DNA from: Octopus bimaculoides
Taxonomy: Eukaryota
Assembly: GCF_001194135.2 (NCBI RefSeq)
Contig: NC_068981.1
Span: forward strand, 57,476,846-57,540,845
Direction of reading: 5' to 3'
Length of the DNA: 64,000 bases
Every line of letters begins with the position of its first letter. Within the stretch, counting starts at the first letter, position 1. Below are positions 1 to 12,622 of the stretch, one piece after another. The translations under genes and the position numbers were made by a program. The notes below the pieces were generated by a model. That model was not told the DNA's origin, made no database searches, and worked only from the letters and a program-made list of their open reading frames with translations.

Positions 1-373
1 ACTGCCCCTGTTGACTGCATTGCACCAAATGTACATTCCGCCTTTCTTCTTCCTCCTTTCTCACTTCGTGTACCACTGCCTCTTTCATCTCTTTTACACT
101 GCTCTTGCAAAATGGCCTGAAACTGCTCGTCCCTAGGCTGGCTCTTGCTTCTTGCGTTGCTCCAACTATATCGGCATGTTTTAGTATTCCGATCGCCCTC
201 TTTACTGCCTCTTCCGCATTCCATTTCCTCCCTGTTCGTACCTTTGGAGGGTTTTCTCGGATGCTCTGATCTTTTGAATACCTTAGCATCATTACTGTCC
301 TCGCCTTTCCTGCTTTATATTCTTCGGTGATCGATGCTATTGGAAGTTGCAGCACGGGTTTTCCATATAGAAT
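1..373 (-). mobile_element. HERO-like (RLE-type) non-LTR retrotransposon fragment, 5'-truncated, running off the window start; antisense within the RNFT intron
   Basis: Stop-free minus frame ILYGKPVLQLPIASITEEYKAGKARTVMMLRYSKDQSIRENPPKVRTGRKWNAEEAVKRAIGILKHADIVGATQEARASLG...VQCSQQGQ. The LQLP..S..EE.K / TGRKW.A.EAV / H.DIVG pattern matches the post-RT region of HERO-like elements as I recall it. GC is higher than the flanks. Confidence 0.7.
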
Positions 374-1124
374 GGTTTTCCATATTAGAATGGCTTTTAC
401 GAATATGTACACTTCTATGTTATTCTAGTAATATTTTTACAACTGGATACCCTGACAACAAGTACTGTGTAATTTGTCAGTGGCAAAAGAACTTGCCTAC
501 TAGGTAAACCAATAAAGTTACATTTCCCTTCTAGGGGCTCAGTAGTATGGGTTAATAAAAATTAAACTGAGTTATGAGACCTGTATTTCAGTGTCTTAAA
601 CTTACAACCATGAAATATGTTAGTGGAGTAATTTGAAGTGTTACTTTGGAACACTCAAGACATTTCATGAATACAGTTGACTAATATCAAATTATTTGAA
701 ATAGTAGTTTTGTTACATATCCTTCTTCCAGTAAAATAAGAGATCTTCTTGAAGCTGTTGATTAGCCTGAGGTCATCCCTGATTGTACAGATCTATGGTG
801 AAAGACTTTCTAGACCATGCTGACTTTACATGTTAAATCTTCCTTTAAGATGGCAGCATGTGATATAAGGGAGATTTAGCTGCTATTTTTCTGGGAGTGA
901 CCTTGTATAATTTTACAATGGATGTGAATTCCAAATTGAAGTTATTTACATTTATATTTTTTTAAATGCCACCTCTCAAACAGATACAAGCATATTCAAT
1001 TCAAATGCTTTCTCAGTGACCAGCTAGAACTAAATTTGTCTCTGCTTATTCCTATACACAATAAATTGGATATTGTTATTTTTGATATCCCTTTAATTTA
1101 TAAGTATATATTAAAAAAATAAAA

Positions 1125-1388
1125 AGTGGTTGGTGTTAGGAAGGGCATCCAACCATAAAAAACTATGCCAAACAGACCTTGCTGGTGCTGATGTCATGTA
1201 AAAAATACCCACTTCATTCTGTAACATGGTTGGCATTAGGAAGGGCATCCAGCTGTAAAAACCATGCCAAAGTAGACAGTGAAGCTTGATGCAGTCCTCT
1301 GGTTTACTGGCTCCTGTCAAACCATCTAACCCATGTCAGCATGGAAAAATAGATGTTAAATGGTGATGATGATGCTAATGATGATGAA
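1125..1388 (+). mobile_element. RTE-family 3'-end fragment (or SINE sharing that tail) ending in (GAT)n
   Basis: ggttggcattaggaagggcatccagctgtaaaa...ccatgtcagcatggaaaa...gttaaatgatgatgat. Related copies at about 10241-10435(-), 12139-12290(-), 19709-20085(-), 31410-31620(-), 41470-41570(+), 43330-43510(-), 55215-55525(-), 57060-57390(-), 61335-61740(-), 63170-63320(+). Confidence 0.75.
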
Positions 1389-1698
1389 GAGGAATTTATA
1401 TTTTATCTGAATTTAATACATAGGTGAACCAAATCAGTAACCAATGTTTAATTCCTTATCCAAGTTCTTTCATTTACTCTGCTTTGGCTTTTGGGAAAGG
1501 CATTAACATCGTAGCTCCTTCCTCTCATTCCCTGAAATGAATATGGTTGACTACCTTATTGATAAATGGATAGACACCTCTATACACACAAGGTCAAAAA
1601 AATTAACTTGATCTTTTTTTTTTTTCTTTTTTTAGGATCATTAAATAAATATTCTCTCTGAATGTCAGTCTCCTAATGCTTTCTATTTGTCTTTTCAG

Positions 1699-1830
1699 CA
1701 CATATTCTGTGAAGACTGTGTGTCACTGTGGTTTGACCGGGAACAGACTTGTCCAATGTGCCGTACACGAATCTCAGACAGTACTCCATACCGTAGTGAA
1801 TCAGACAGTTATTTCATTCAGTGGTATTGA
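1699..1830 (+). CDS. RNFT2: Terminal coding exon of RING finger and transmembrane domain protein (RNFT1/RNFT2 family)
   Basis: Acceptor cttttcag|, then HIFCEDCVSLWFDREQTCPMCRTRISDSTPYRSESDSYFIQWY*. This is the second half of a C3HC4 RING with the RNFT-type W..REQTCPMCR and a ..F.Q.Y C-terminus. RNFT1 versus RNFT2 cannot be resolved; upstream exons are outside the window. Confidence 0.85.
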   Translation, partial: HIFCEDCVSLWFDREQTCPMCRTRISDSTPYRSESDSYFIQWY

Positions 1831-3349
1831 ACCTCAAACAGTATCAAGGCATCTACTTGCTACATTTGGATGGTGCTCACACTAAGGAAGGCTTTCTCTT
1901 CTCTTATTATTTTTGCTCTATTCTGACAATGACGAGAAAATGGAAAAATGTTTTTAATACCGATTCTTTGTCAGTTAATACAAATCAAGTTGTTCTTTTC
2001 TTATTAATTTAATAATGTGTTACTATCTTAGTGCTGTGGTAATAATCTGTTATTACCTCAGTACTGTACACAAAGTGTGTGTTATTACTGTACTGCTGTA
2101 GTAAAAGTGTATGTTATTACTTCAGTACTGACTTAAAGTCTGTGCGAAGAAAACAAGCTTGATTACAAAAAATTGTATATTTTTTTACTTCGTTTTGAAT
2201 TGCTGGTAGCATCTTTTTACTGGAACAGGAAGATAAAAATATGTTCCAAAACATAACTGCTGTTTTGTACTTGATTTGGTTCTAAATTTACAGAATAGCT
2301 TATAAAGCTGTTATTTAGTTAATAATAATAATAATGTTTTTAGGAGATGATGAAGTAAAGTCTATGAGATAGTCTTGTGTGTTGTGTATGTGTGTGTGTA
2401 ATCTTGGTTGAAAATGCTACAGGAATGACTCAAAGGCTCGAAAGTTTCATGCCAAGGCACTTGCCAATTATTTTGAAGTGTCCTGCTCTGAAACTTTGAG
2501 CTCTTGAGTCACTCTCTTAGCAACCTCAAAGAGAAAGATTATATACTCTGCTTTATGTATTGAATTCTCTTTCTCTCATTTGTAAAATTGTAAAACGAAA
2601 CATACCTGTTTGTGTGTGTGTGTGTGTAATATTATACAAACCAAAAGAGCTAAGATCAGTTGTTAGAGAGAAAATATGCTCTGCTTTTAAATGTATGAGA
2701 TAGTGTAACAATATGTTTTTTAATATTTTGAGAATAAGTTTCGAATAATTTTTAGTTAGTTATTTAGTGAATTACACAGTAAGGTCTATGCTATATTTCG
2801 TACTTCTTTTTTTATGGGATAATGATATGTCCCCCAAATTCATCTGTTAGGCTGTGTATGAAATTTTGCAAGGGTTTAAGCTGTTATTGTATTTAATGGG
2901 TGATTTACCATGCTTTTTAAAGATCATACAGCTTTTATTTCGTAGCATTTTTCTATTTATTTTCTCTCTCATTGATAGATATTTCTTCATCAAAAGTGCA
3001 ATATGTTGTTGCTGTTGTTATCCCTTTTGTAATTAATATCAAATGATTTATAAGCATATTTAAGGTTTATATTTGTCTTTCAACAGTTTCATTAAAGCTG
3101 TAGGGTTGAAAAACCTCTTCAAAATAAGAAATAATGGTGCTTATTAACTCCTAGAATCTCTTTTCTTTAAAGGGTTTAGTTTCCATATATTAATAGATGC
3201 ACAACTTCCAGCAAACTTTTTTTAGCTTTTCTCCATTCATCACCTTAGTTATTACTTACTCTGGCTATTCTCTCTCTAATTTTATGCAAAAGATGAGGGT
3301 CTTTTTGCAAATATTTCATATATTATCCTGACCATGCATCAATGTTCTA

Positions 3350-4330
3350 GACATAAGAAAAAAAAATCTTCTTTTTGTTTGGATTGAAAATCTTCAAATC
3401 TTTCAACTTGATTTTCTTACTTCCCAGATCTCCTAGCCATCCTAAGCTATTTGATGCATCTTTTTTTTTTTTTTGTAATCTTGAAAACACCCACCATGGC
3501 ATCTCAGAATTAATCTTATTATAAACTTCAATATCCACAACTCTTTTTGTTGATCTTACTGGTACATAAACTGACATTGTTATCATTTAATTTCTCTTTG
3601 TACGTAAATCACTGAATGTCCATTCCACTCTCCCAGCATAGTAATACTTCTACTTCTTTACTCTTACCCCAAGTGTCTACTTCAATATTTCCATTTGAAC
3701 TCTTCCTGGTTTTTCTGCTGGATTTTTTACCACAAACCTTACAACTGCTAGTAAACTGCATTCTGAACTTTCTAAGTGTTTAAATCAGCTAACTGGCATG
3801 AGACAGTTTCTGTATAGGATAACCATGGCAATAATTGTACCGAAAAGGCCCAAAATATAATGGGTAGAATCTTTCTCAATATATTCTTGTATATTTCACT
3901 TACTAAGAACTAGAATCCTAATATCCTCAAATGAGAGGTTTTTATACAAGTGTAAAACCACTTTCAAAGCCCAGAAGTCCTCACTTGCTAATGATATTGT
4001 TACTATTAATAATCATTTCACTAAGACCATTAAGGAATATATTTACACCCTATACATAACTACTAAGCTATCACTTGATTATGATCCATTGCCAACTTTA
4101 TTTCTATTAGCTTTAACTAATCTTTTCTTGTAATTAAAAAAAAAAACCTTAATTTTTATCTTCAGCCATCCTTTCACCAAATCTGTTTTTTTTTTTTGTC
4201 TAGCTTCTTTGATTTCTAATGTCTCTCTAGCTAAACACCAATCTCCTACTCTTTCTCCACAATGCAATGCAGTGTATGTCAAGAATTTTATCTCATCCAT
4301 AAACTTCTTTAACTCTGATGTCAGTGTTTT
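3350..4330 (-). mobile_element. Heavily decayed CR1-like LINE reverse transcriptase and 3' region
   Basis: Broken minus-strand frames give, in the expected order, GERVGDW (cf. G.VP.DW), VNIFLNGLSEMII..ISK (cf. FNIFINDL..SKFADD), *KVQN (cf. EKVQRRA) and TKRVVD (cf. QRVV..WN). Many stops and frameshifts; boundaries approximate. Confidence 0.5.
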
Positions 4331-7100
4331 ATTGTCAGTGTTTTATCGTCAGTGAATTCTATGTTCTGCTTGTTACAAATATCAACACTCTGTATGATAT
4401 CCATTGTAGTCTTCAATAGGGATTTGAAAATCTGGTTCAATGGACATAGGCAGTTCACACCAAGTCAGATCAAGTGAACAACATTAGCATGGCACTACAC
4501 AAAGAATAGAAAAGTCAGACAGACCACACAACTAGATACAAATATTCCTATTAACAGGTTAGGTGCCAACACCAATTTTAATATGCTGTTTATAAGTTCT
4601 GTTGCTCGTCTAATGACTGAAACAAGTATAAGATAGAAAATAAAAATAATTAATTCTTTTTTAATACATTCTTTACATATTTTTAAAAATCTAAAAGAAA
4701 ATTATTAATAGTTCATACAGAATTAATTTATGAATTGTTTTTCATGAGCAAACATTAGTCTCTTCTGACATATTGATGAATATTACACTTAATAGTTGTA
4801 ATAATCTTAGGTAAGAAATTATAAATACTTATTTAAAAATTCCTTTGTGTTGTAAAATCAGTTGTGAGAATAATCAACTTCATTTTCTAATCTATTAATA
4901 ACTTTGAAAACTTAATATTTAACATATTTCTTTTATTATTTAGAAATTTTACTTAGTATTTCAAAAGTTTGTATAATTTCTTTTTGTGTTTGTTTTTTAC
5001 TTTATTAGTCACATGCATATTACAATTTTTGCTGTCTGAATCTGTTTAATGAAGCGAGCTATATAAGTATTTCTGACTAGAGCTTTATAATATAAAACTG
5101 TTCTTCCTTAACTTGTAATTAGTATGTGCCTATAACTATACCATTATCTTGCTTTATAGTTATGGATGTGGAAATGTTATAGCTCAGGCTTCTATCAAAA
5201 TGACTCCAAAATCCTCCAGCTATTACTATTATTTCAATCAAGTTAGCTCCTAAGTCTTTATTTGTGTTATGCTTTTATGCTTGATCCTGCAATTTAACTC
5301 TTACTTTATTTGATTTTGTAGTAAGTTGATACAAAATAATTTTGAGAAATGTATTTGTCTTTTGGAGAGTTTATTGGCATTTATTTAATAAGGAAAAAAT
5401 ATAGAATTTTGTCATAAAAAATGTGTGCCACTATTAATTTGTGACCTATAGTATCAAATTTTTAAAATATATTATCTTATAAACATCTTCCTAACTGAAA
5501 ATAAGATAAAATTTTAAAACAAAATTCAAAATGAATTCTTTGTGAAGATTTATCTGTTTGATTCTATTTTGAGCAAAAAGATCATAGTTAAACAGTCAAC
5601 TATGGCCATGGAAGTAATGCAATGATATTAATAAGATTATTGCTCTCACAGAAATTGTTGTCATTTAAACATTGCACCTGCTGCCTAAGTCTATAAATTC
5701 ACAGCACTTCTTTCTGTGGATTCAGTCAGTAAGAGTTAAGTGTCTTTGCTAAGGACTATGATCAGATACCAAATATATTTCTCTTATGTTTCAACATTTT
5801 TACATTTAATCTACTTATCTGAACAAAACTTTTCAATCTTTGCTATCTTGCTTACTATACATCCATGAAGAAGGAATGACACTTGTTTTCATCTAGTTTG
5901 CCTGAGAGAGACAAAGGTCTGTTCCTATGGCATCACTTGTAAGTAGATGGTTAGTGTACCAATAACAGTTCACTAACCATCTACGTCACATCTCTATCAC
6001 AATCTATTATACACAGCAGTATTACAAGAATTGTTCTACTCACTAGTTTATCTAACTTAATTAGAACAATGTCAGAGTAAATGTTAGACTTTTCTAGATA
6101 TATCATCAGTATTTTCTCATTCTTAAAAAAAAAAAGAAAAGAAAAAAGCTCAACACTTTTGGTTGTGATAAATAACAAATACATTTTCCGTATGTTCTTT
6201 TTTTTTTTGGTGGGGGGGAAGGAAAATGTAATTTTCTCTTGTCTTCTGCAGCTACAAATCTCATACATAAGCCTGTGTGATGAAGAACATGATAAAATCT
6301 TAACATTACCTTTTACGCAATAAAAATGATATGAATAAAGTAGTACTCATGTACAAAAGAGAATCCTTAAAAGCATATAATTTAATTTTGTTAAAATAAG
6401 TTTTAAGTACTATTGTCTTTTTCTGTCAATAAGAATAATTTTTATACAACTTTTAGTTTCTAGCGATGTTGTTTCAAGCTATTTGAAACATTAACCCTGT
6501 TCTTTTAAGTTGAGCCAGGGATTTTCTTTCGTTTTTTAAAACACAAAATTTTAGGGTATAGCATTTTTTTTTCTTTGTTGAAATGCTTACATTAAATGTT
6601 TTACCTGTATATTTCTCTTTTCAAACTTATTAACATTGAACCACCTTCCATTTGTAGCAGTGATATTTTAATACACACAACTTAACAGCCGAGCTGTCAG
6701 CCTTGTAAACATTATAGAAGGAACCATTCTAAAAGATCGATGTTATTGCAAAAGTTTTTTTAACAATTTAAAAAAGAAATAACCACTAAATGTCTTGTCT
6801 TAAAAATAAATTTATTTTAAAGATGATATAAATAATACTAATGAAAAAATCTCTGTAAAATTGTGATATAACTCTTATAGTTTAACTATTGAGGAAGGTA
6901 TCCTTTCATAGGCTTTGGCATCTTCATCTGTCCAGCTATCCAAAATTATATAAAATAAAGGAATGTTTTTTTTTTTTTGGATTAACAAGCTGAGGTAACT
7001 TCCATTTATTCAATCTCAGTATTTATTTGATATATTCTTTATTTTTCTGATTCTGATGATGATGACAATGATTATGATGATGATAATAAATTATTATTAA

Positions 7101-8720
7101 CCCTTTGAAAAATATATTTTTATTATTTTGATACATATTTCTCATTAAGACATTATTAATCTGATAAAAGCAACAAACCTATTAAGCTTTTTGCAGGCAG
7201 ATAATTTTTAAAATCCTAATGGTGTGTGCAAATAATTTACAGAAAATTAGCAGAAAAATGGTACCTTTAAACAAGTTGTTTGATCATGTATAAAAACAAA
7301 CAAAACATAATTTGCTCTGCAATTGTATATCAGAATACAATACCATAAAAAAAATTAAATACTCACTTTTAATTATATTTTTCAAAACAACCTTTACACA
7401 ATTCTACACAACAATCTTTGCACCAGGTGGCTATATGTGTATCCTTGAATTCTTGATTGAATACATACAACACATTTTTTTCTTTTTATATTTTGAATAA
7501 TTTCCATGAAGTATCTCTAAAATTTTCCAGCCATCTGGCCTACCCACTTTTCTCTAGGGCTCTTTGTATTCATCAATAAGACCTTGCACATGTTCACTGA
7601 TGAACTGCAAGTGAATCAATTCTTTCATGGACTGGGTGCTATTATTTGGATTGGTACTGGAGCAAGTGTAGATATTTGTTACTGTCCTGTCAACGAAGTG
7701 AAGCACTATCTTTGTCAACACTTTACTATGCCAAGCTCTGCTGCATGTTGGCTCATCATTTGGCCTGAAACATCACCCCCACCTTTCATTTCGTTATTGT
7801 TTCTATGATGACATTGGGAACTTTCCTTGTCACATTGTTTTGTTCTATTTACAGTAGCTGGTGAACCAAAAGTTGACAAATGTCTGAGCCATTTGAGATC
7901 AACTTAGCTTAGAGCAAGCAACTATCCTTCCCTCATTGCTGTAATGTTTCCTTTTTTGCTATTTTTCTTTTTACTTTTGCAGGTAGATGACTGCAATCAG
8001 CACAGTGAGCCCTGTCACGTAAATTTGTTTCAGTACCATTTGCTCAACTAGATCAATGCTTATGTAGTAGTTATCCATAAAGAAGTGATGGTGTTTTCCT
8101 TCATAGGTAGCAAGAAGTCTGGTACACACATCAAATGGTTGTCCATCTTTGCTCTTCTTATGCTCAAAGACCTAGTACATTGTTTGCATGATGTAGCCTA
8201 CTTTGGAATGTATTATTTACCAGAGCCTGCCTTGGAATCTATTATTTACCAGAGCCTATCCCGGAATCTATTATTTACCAGAGACTGCCTTAGAATCCAT
8301 AGATTACCAGATCATGCCTCCTGCTGAAGTACACAATAGATTCATTGATAGAGACTACACAAATGGTTTGAATTTGAGTGCCTGTGTAGTTTTGAAGTGT
8401 TCACTTACTGATTGAACCATAATCTTGCATTCTATGATTTGACCCCCAATGACTATCTAAAGCTTGGAAAAAGCATAGAGTGAGCTTGAAGATGTTCAGT
8501 GTCAGTACTTTGTTGAATGCTGGGCTTTTCTGAGAGTAGTCCTTTGTGGTCCAGTACTGCTGTATAGTGTATTTATTTTTGTGTCCTATGTTCAAAAGCA
8601 AACTGACAAAATGCTCATAGTTTTTCAAGTGTTAGTGGTTGCCACAGATGCATTTTAAAATGTTTTTGAAGTGGCTCCTTGTTTATTACTTTCTGCCACA
8701 GGATAACTTTATGTTGTTAT
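7101..8720 (-). mobile_element. Fossil piggyBac (PGBD4-like) transposon
   Basis: Minus-strand motifs in the correct order: LWQPLT, QQYWTT..PAFNKV, SINESIV (DES), HHFFMDNYYISIDL, LST, YNNEMKGGGDV, VLHFVDRTVTNIY. C-terminal Cys-rich domain RKKCVVC...WCKDCCVELCKGCFEKYN* with stop at 7369-7371. Candidate end TTAA|CCCTTT at 7097-7106; the other end was not found. Confidence 0.85.
8203..8311. repeat. 29-bp tandem repeat (about 3.7 copies) inside the piggyBac transposase
   Basis: Units of ttggaatctattatttaccagagcctgcc start at 8203, 8232, 8261 and 8290 (partial). Confidence 0.9.
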
Positions 8721-9089
8721 GGATCAGGAAACGAGATGTTGTGATGTTCATTACTTCAAGTTATTATATGCCTAAGCGGATAAAAATATCTTCAACTGAA
8801 GACTGAAACTGTGTTACAGTCACAGATCGCTCCACAGAATCTGCCATGGCCAATACAAATATTGATTTCTAACATAGGTGCAAGGCTTTCAAATTTGGGA
8901 GAAAAGTATAAAATTTTTTTTGTAAGGATAGCAGGTAAAGTTGAATTTGAAACTAGACAATAAATGTTTACCATTAAATACAAAGCATTTATTTGACACC
9001 ACTGTTTCTGCCATTAGGTTATGGGACATGATGAGACACAATATAAAAAAACAACACTTGTTTTAGACCAATAGATACATAAACATCAG

Positions 9090-9207
9090 NNNNNNNNNNN
9101 NNNNNNNNNNNNNNNNNNNNNNNNNNNNNNNNNNNNNNNNNNNNNNNNNNNNNNNNNNNNNNNNNNNNNNNNNNNNNNNNNNNNNNNNNTATACGTATAT
9201 ATAAGTA

Positions 9208-9239
<32 letters not shown>

Positions 9240-9281
9240 AGTATATATGTATATATACATATATATATATAAGTATATATG

Positions 9282-9313
<32 letters not shown>

Positions 9314-9510
9314 AGTATATATGTATATACACATATATATACGTAGATATGTATATATATATATACACATACATATATATATGTATGTATATATATGTGT
9401 ATATATATATATACGTATATATATGTATATATATGTGTGTGTATATATATATATACATATATATATGTATGTATATATAAATGTATATATATATATGTAT
9501 GTATGTATAT
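9090..9510. repeat. 100-N assembly gap followed by compound (TA)n/(TATG)n microsatellite
   Basis: N at 9090-9189, then TA/TATG/TACA runs. These explain the spurious Y/I-rich ORFs at 9019-9617. Confidence 0.95.
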
Positions 9511-10084
9511 TATTGAAGAAATCAGCCATTTCTTCAATCCAGTCATCTTATAAGAGTTCAAAAAAAGTCTTTGATTCATTTAGAGATTCCTATAGATTTT
9601 GTACTGCAAGTATATAGAATAATGATTTACAACTTAGATTTATTTAAATGATTGTTGAAATTTTAGATAACTATGCCAGTTGAAATGTAGTTAACTGTCA
9701 AAATTTTTATATGAATGAAATCATTCATTAAAAAGACCAACTTAAGAACAAGAAAACAGCAACAAACTCACTGGCTGGGCCTCAGTGGCCTGGTTGTTAT
9801 TTTTACCTCAAATCAATGTGTATAATGTTTAAACTGCAATTTTAAGATGCAAAACATTATAATCCACTTACAATAATTATGTACAACATATCAATGGAAA
9901 AAAAAAACACTGAAACAGCAATTATATTGTGGAAGGACCATATTAATCTTTTAACAACAAACAATCTGTTACATTCACTGTTGATTGTACTGGAATTGTA
10001 TTACAGATGTGTAACAGGTTACAATTGTGCAATAGAAATTGTGACATTTTGAGAATTAAATTAAAAGTGAATGTAAGTGCAGCT

Positions 10085-10240
10085 ATTACTGTGTGCCTAA
10101 GGAGCTCACTTTGCAACCATGTGATTTTGAGTCCACTGCCACTGCACAGTACCTTTGACAAATGTCTTTTACTAATAGTCCCAAGTTGACCAAAGCCTTG
10201 TGACTGAATTTGGTTGACTGAAACTGAAAGAAGCCTATCA
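10085..10240 (+). mobile_element. tRNA-derived SINE, family A (octopus OK-like)
   Basis: gctgtgtggtaagaagcttgcttcccaacca...cttgggcaagtgtcttctactatagc...ccaaagccttgtgagtgaatttggtagatggaaactgaaagaagcc. Further copies at about 18885-19065(+), 22150-22300(+), 27455-27615(+), 36280-36425(-), 37150-37275(-), 40885-41040(+), 43540-43685(-), 51320-51445(-). Family name is recalled, not searched. Confidence 0.7.
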
Positions 10241-11163
10241 TATCATCATCATCATTATTATTATTTAATCTCTGTCATCCATGCTCACATGAGGTGAACA
10301 GTTTGACAGGAGCTGGCAAGCCAGAGAGCTGTTCAGGTTCCAGTTGTCTGCTTTGGCATGGTTTCTACAGCTGGATGCCCTTCCTAATACCAACCACTTT
10401 ACAGGTTGTACTGGGTGCTTTTATGTGGCATCAGCACAGATAAATAGATTTATAGATATAGATGTGCATGCTTTTGTATTTGTCCCTCTGCTTCATAACT
10501 GGTGTAGGTTAATTTACATCCCTGTAACTTAGCAGTTTGACAAATGAGACCAATATAGAAAGTACCAGACATAAAAAAAAAAATGAATACTGGAGTGAAT
10601 TTCTTGGACTAAACTCTTCAAGGTGGTACCCCAGTATGACCATAGTCCAATGACTTATGATAAAAGATAAGAGATTTTGTGTTCTAAAATGACTCATTAT
10701 ATAATTGCTTAAACTTTAACACACACTCACAAATCAAATCATATAAAATACAACACAAAGACAAGTAGTTTTCTATTATTTATAAAACATCACATTTACA
10801 AAAGCCTTTTATAGTTTATTATAAATTATTGACAAAAAATAGAATATTGTTGTGTACTTACAAACATGTACATATATTAATAGAATGTAAGTCAAAATGC
10901 TGAGACTACTGGTTTCATGAACATATTTTGATAAAAGTTGTTCAACCAGAAATGTTTCAAGTGATATCCTGCCAAAAGTTTCACAGGAGTGAGAAAAACA
11001 CTCCTGATTGTTCGGATACTAATGCATACATATATATATATATATGTAAATACAGATATAGGGCAGGGAATTGCTAATTAGTTAATAAAATTAATAATTA
11101 ACAATTTTGCCAAGTAGTTCAGTATGCAAAAAAACCTTTATCGGTAAAAACATTTATAATTAT

Positions 11164-11303
11164 AAATATATAGGGATCAGCATGAGATTGCTTCATCATC
11201 CGTTAGAGAAAAAATTGTAGTTTAGAATTAGTAGTTCTTTGACTGCTATTTCTAAATTTTCAGTATGTTGGTGAAGCAATCTCATGCTGATCCCTATATA
11301 TTT
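11164..11303. repeat. Perfect 32-bp inverted repeat with 76-bp spacer
   Basis: aaatatatagggatcagcatgagattgcttca (11164-11195) is the exact reverse complement of tgaagcaatctcatgctgatccctatatattt (11272-11303). Confidence 0.95.
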
Positions 11304-11305
11304 AA

Positions 11306-11310
<5 letters not shown>

Positions 11311-11364
<54 letters not shown>
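11311..11364. repeat. (AT)n microsatellite
   Basis: About 27 perfect AT units directly after the inverted repeat. Confidence 0.95.
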
Positions 11365-11369
<5 letters not shown>

Positions 11370-11663
11370 TATGTAGAAAGACCAGATTGTCAGATGTGGT
11401 TACACATTGCTGGTCACAATGCCCTTCCTTGCATTGTTATAGTTTTCAAATGATGCCTGTCTGTTGGCTAGATAGGCAGGCCAACATTCCCACTAAATGG
11501 GACTCCAGTCTGTTGCAGGTTTACCCATTTTTACGACTGAGCAGACTGAAGCAATGTGAAATGCAGTTTTTGGTTCAAGAATACAATGTGCTGCTGGTCT
11601 AGGATTGAAACTGTAATCTTATGATTGCGAGTGCAAAAGCCTTGTCACTGGGCTATATATACA

Positions 11664-11704
<41 letters not shown>

Positions 11705-12090
11705 ATATATCAGGCACGTGCCGTCAGTAATAACTCAGGGTAAGCAGTTGGTGACGTTTATGTAGTAAAACACACAAAAACATAAGCAAAACACAGGCCT
11801 TTTTGCCTTTATAGTGTGTAAAGAAAACGTTGTTGTAGGAATGTACACAGCACGTGTAGTACAGCAGTACTATACATAGTTTTAATACTGAAATTGAAAG
11901 GCAGGGGTGAATTATGCCTGCCTAATCTACAAAAAAATAAGATATTTTGCATTTTATGCATAGTAATCAGAGTAATCTTCATAATTTTTTTGAATTAGGT
12001 GCATATTTTGCCATAATAGGAAAATGTTACTATCGATGTATTTTATTCAGAGTAAGCACTGCCTACCTTGCCTACCCAAGCAGCACGTCC

Positions 12091-12141
<51 letters not shown>

Positions 12142-12442
12142 TCATCATCATCATCATCGTTTAACGTCCGCTTTCCATGCTAGCATGGGTTGGACGATTT
12201 GACTGAGGACTGGTGAAACCGGATGGCAACACCAGGCTCCAGTCTGATTTGGCAGAGTTTCTACAGCTGGATGCCCTTCCTAACGCCAATGTATGTATAT
12301 AAATAGATAGATAGATATATACATATATACATGCTGTATATATTACAATATAAAAAGCATATTAATATAAGTTATATAAATATAAATAGAAGGATTTCAC
12401 GATTATTTGCTCTTTTCATTTCTGACATCCAGCTCTCTTTCC

Positions 12443-12448
12443 TTTAAT
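12443..12448 (-). promoter_or_regulatory. Candidate LRRK2 polyadenylation signal (ATTAAA)
   Basis: tttaat on + reads ATTAAA on -, about 175 nt after the stop. Such hexamers are common by chance in AT-rich DNA. Confidence 0.25.
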
Positions 12449-12622
12449 AATGATTTCTGCTATACCTACAAGGTTACACATCTGGAGGGATGGTATAGTT
12501 GATAGCATCAACTTCAGTAGACAAATAGTATTTAGTTCATCTGCTGCTGTAGTGATTCCGGTTCTGTCAATTTGCACGAAGAGATTCTGATTTCTTTCCA
12601 GTTAAAAGATTAATTTACATTT

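Noticed and set aside
145-330. 61-aa plus-strand ORF
   Set aside because: It is the antisense shadow of the HERO-like ORF.
463-504. YCVICQ followed by ag|gtaaac, resembling the first half of the RNFT RING
   Set aside because: The following residues (WQKNLPTR) lack the third Cys needed before HIFC, the phase does not fit the terminal exon, and there is no convincing acceptor. Likely chance.
9019-9617. Long Y/I/H-rich ORFs up to 186 aa
   Set aside because: Translations of TA/TATG microsatellite and N gap. The same applies to the [12 protein letters not shown] and IIII ORFs elsewhere.
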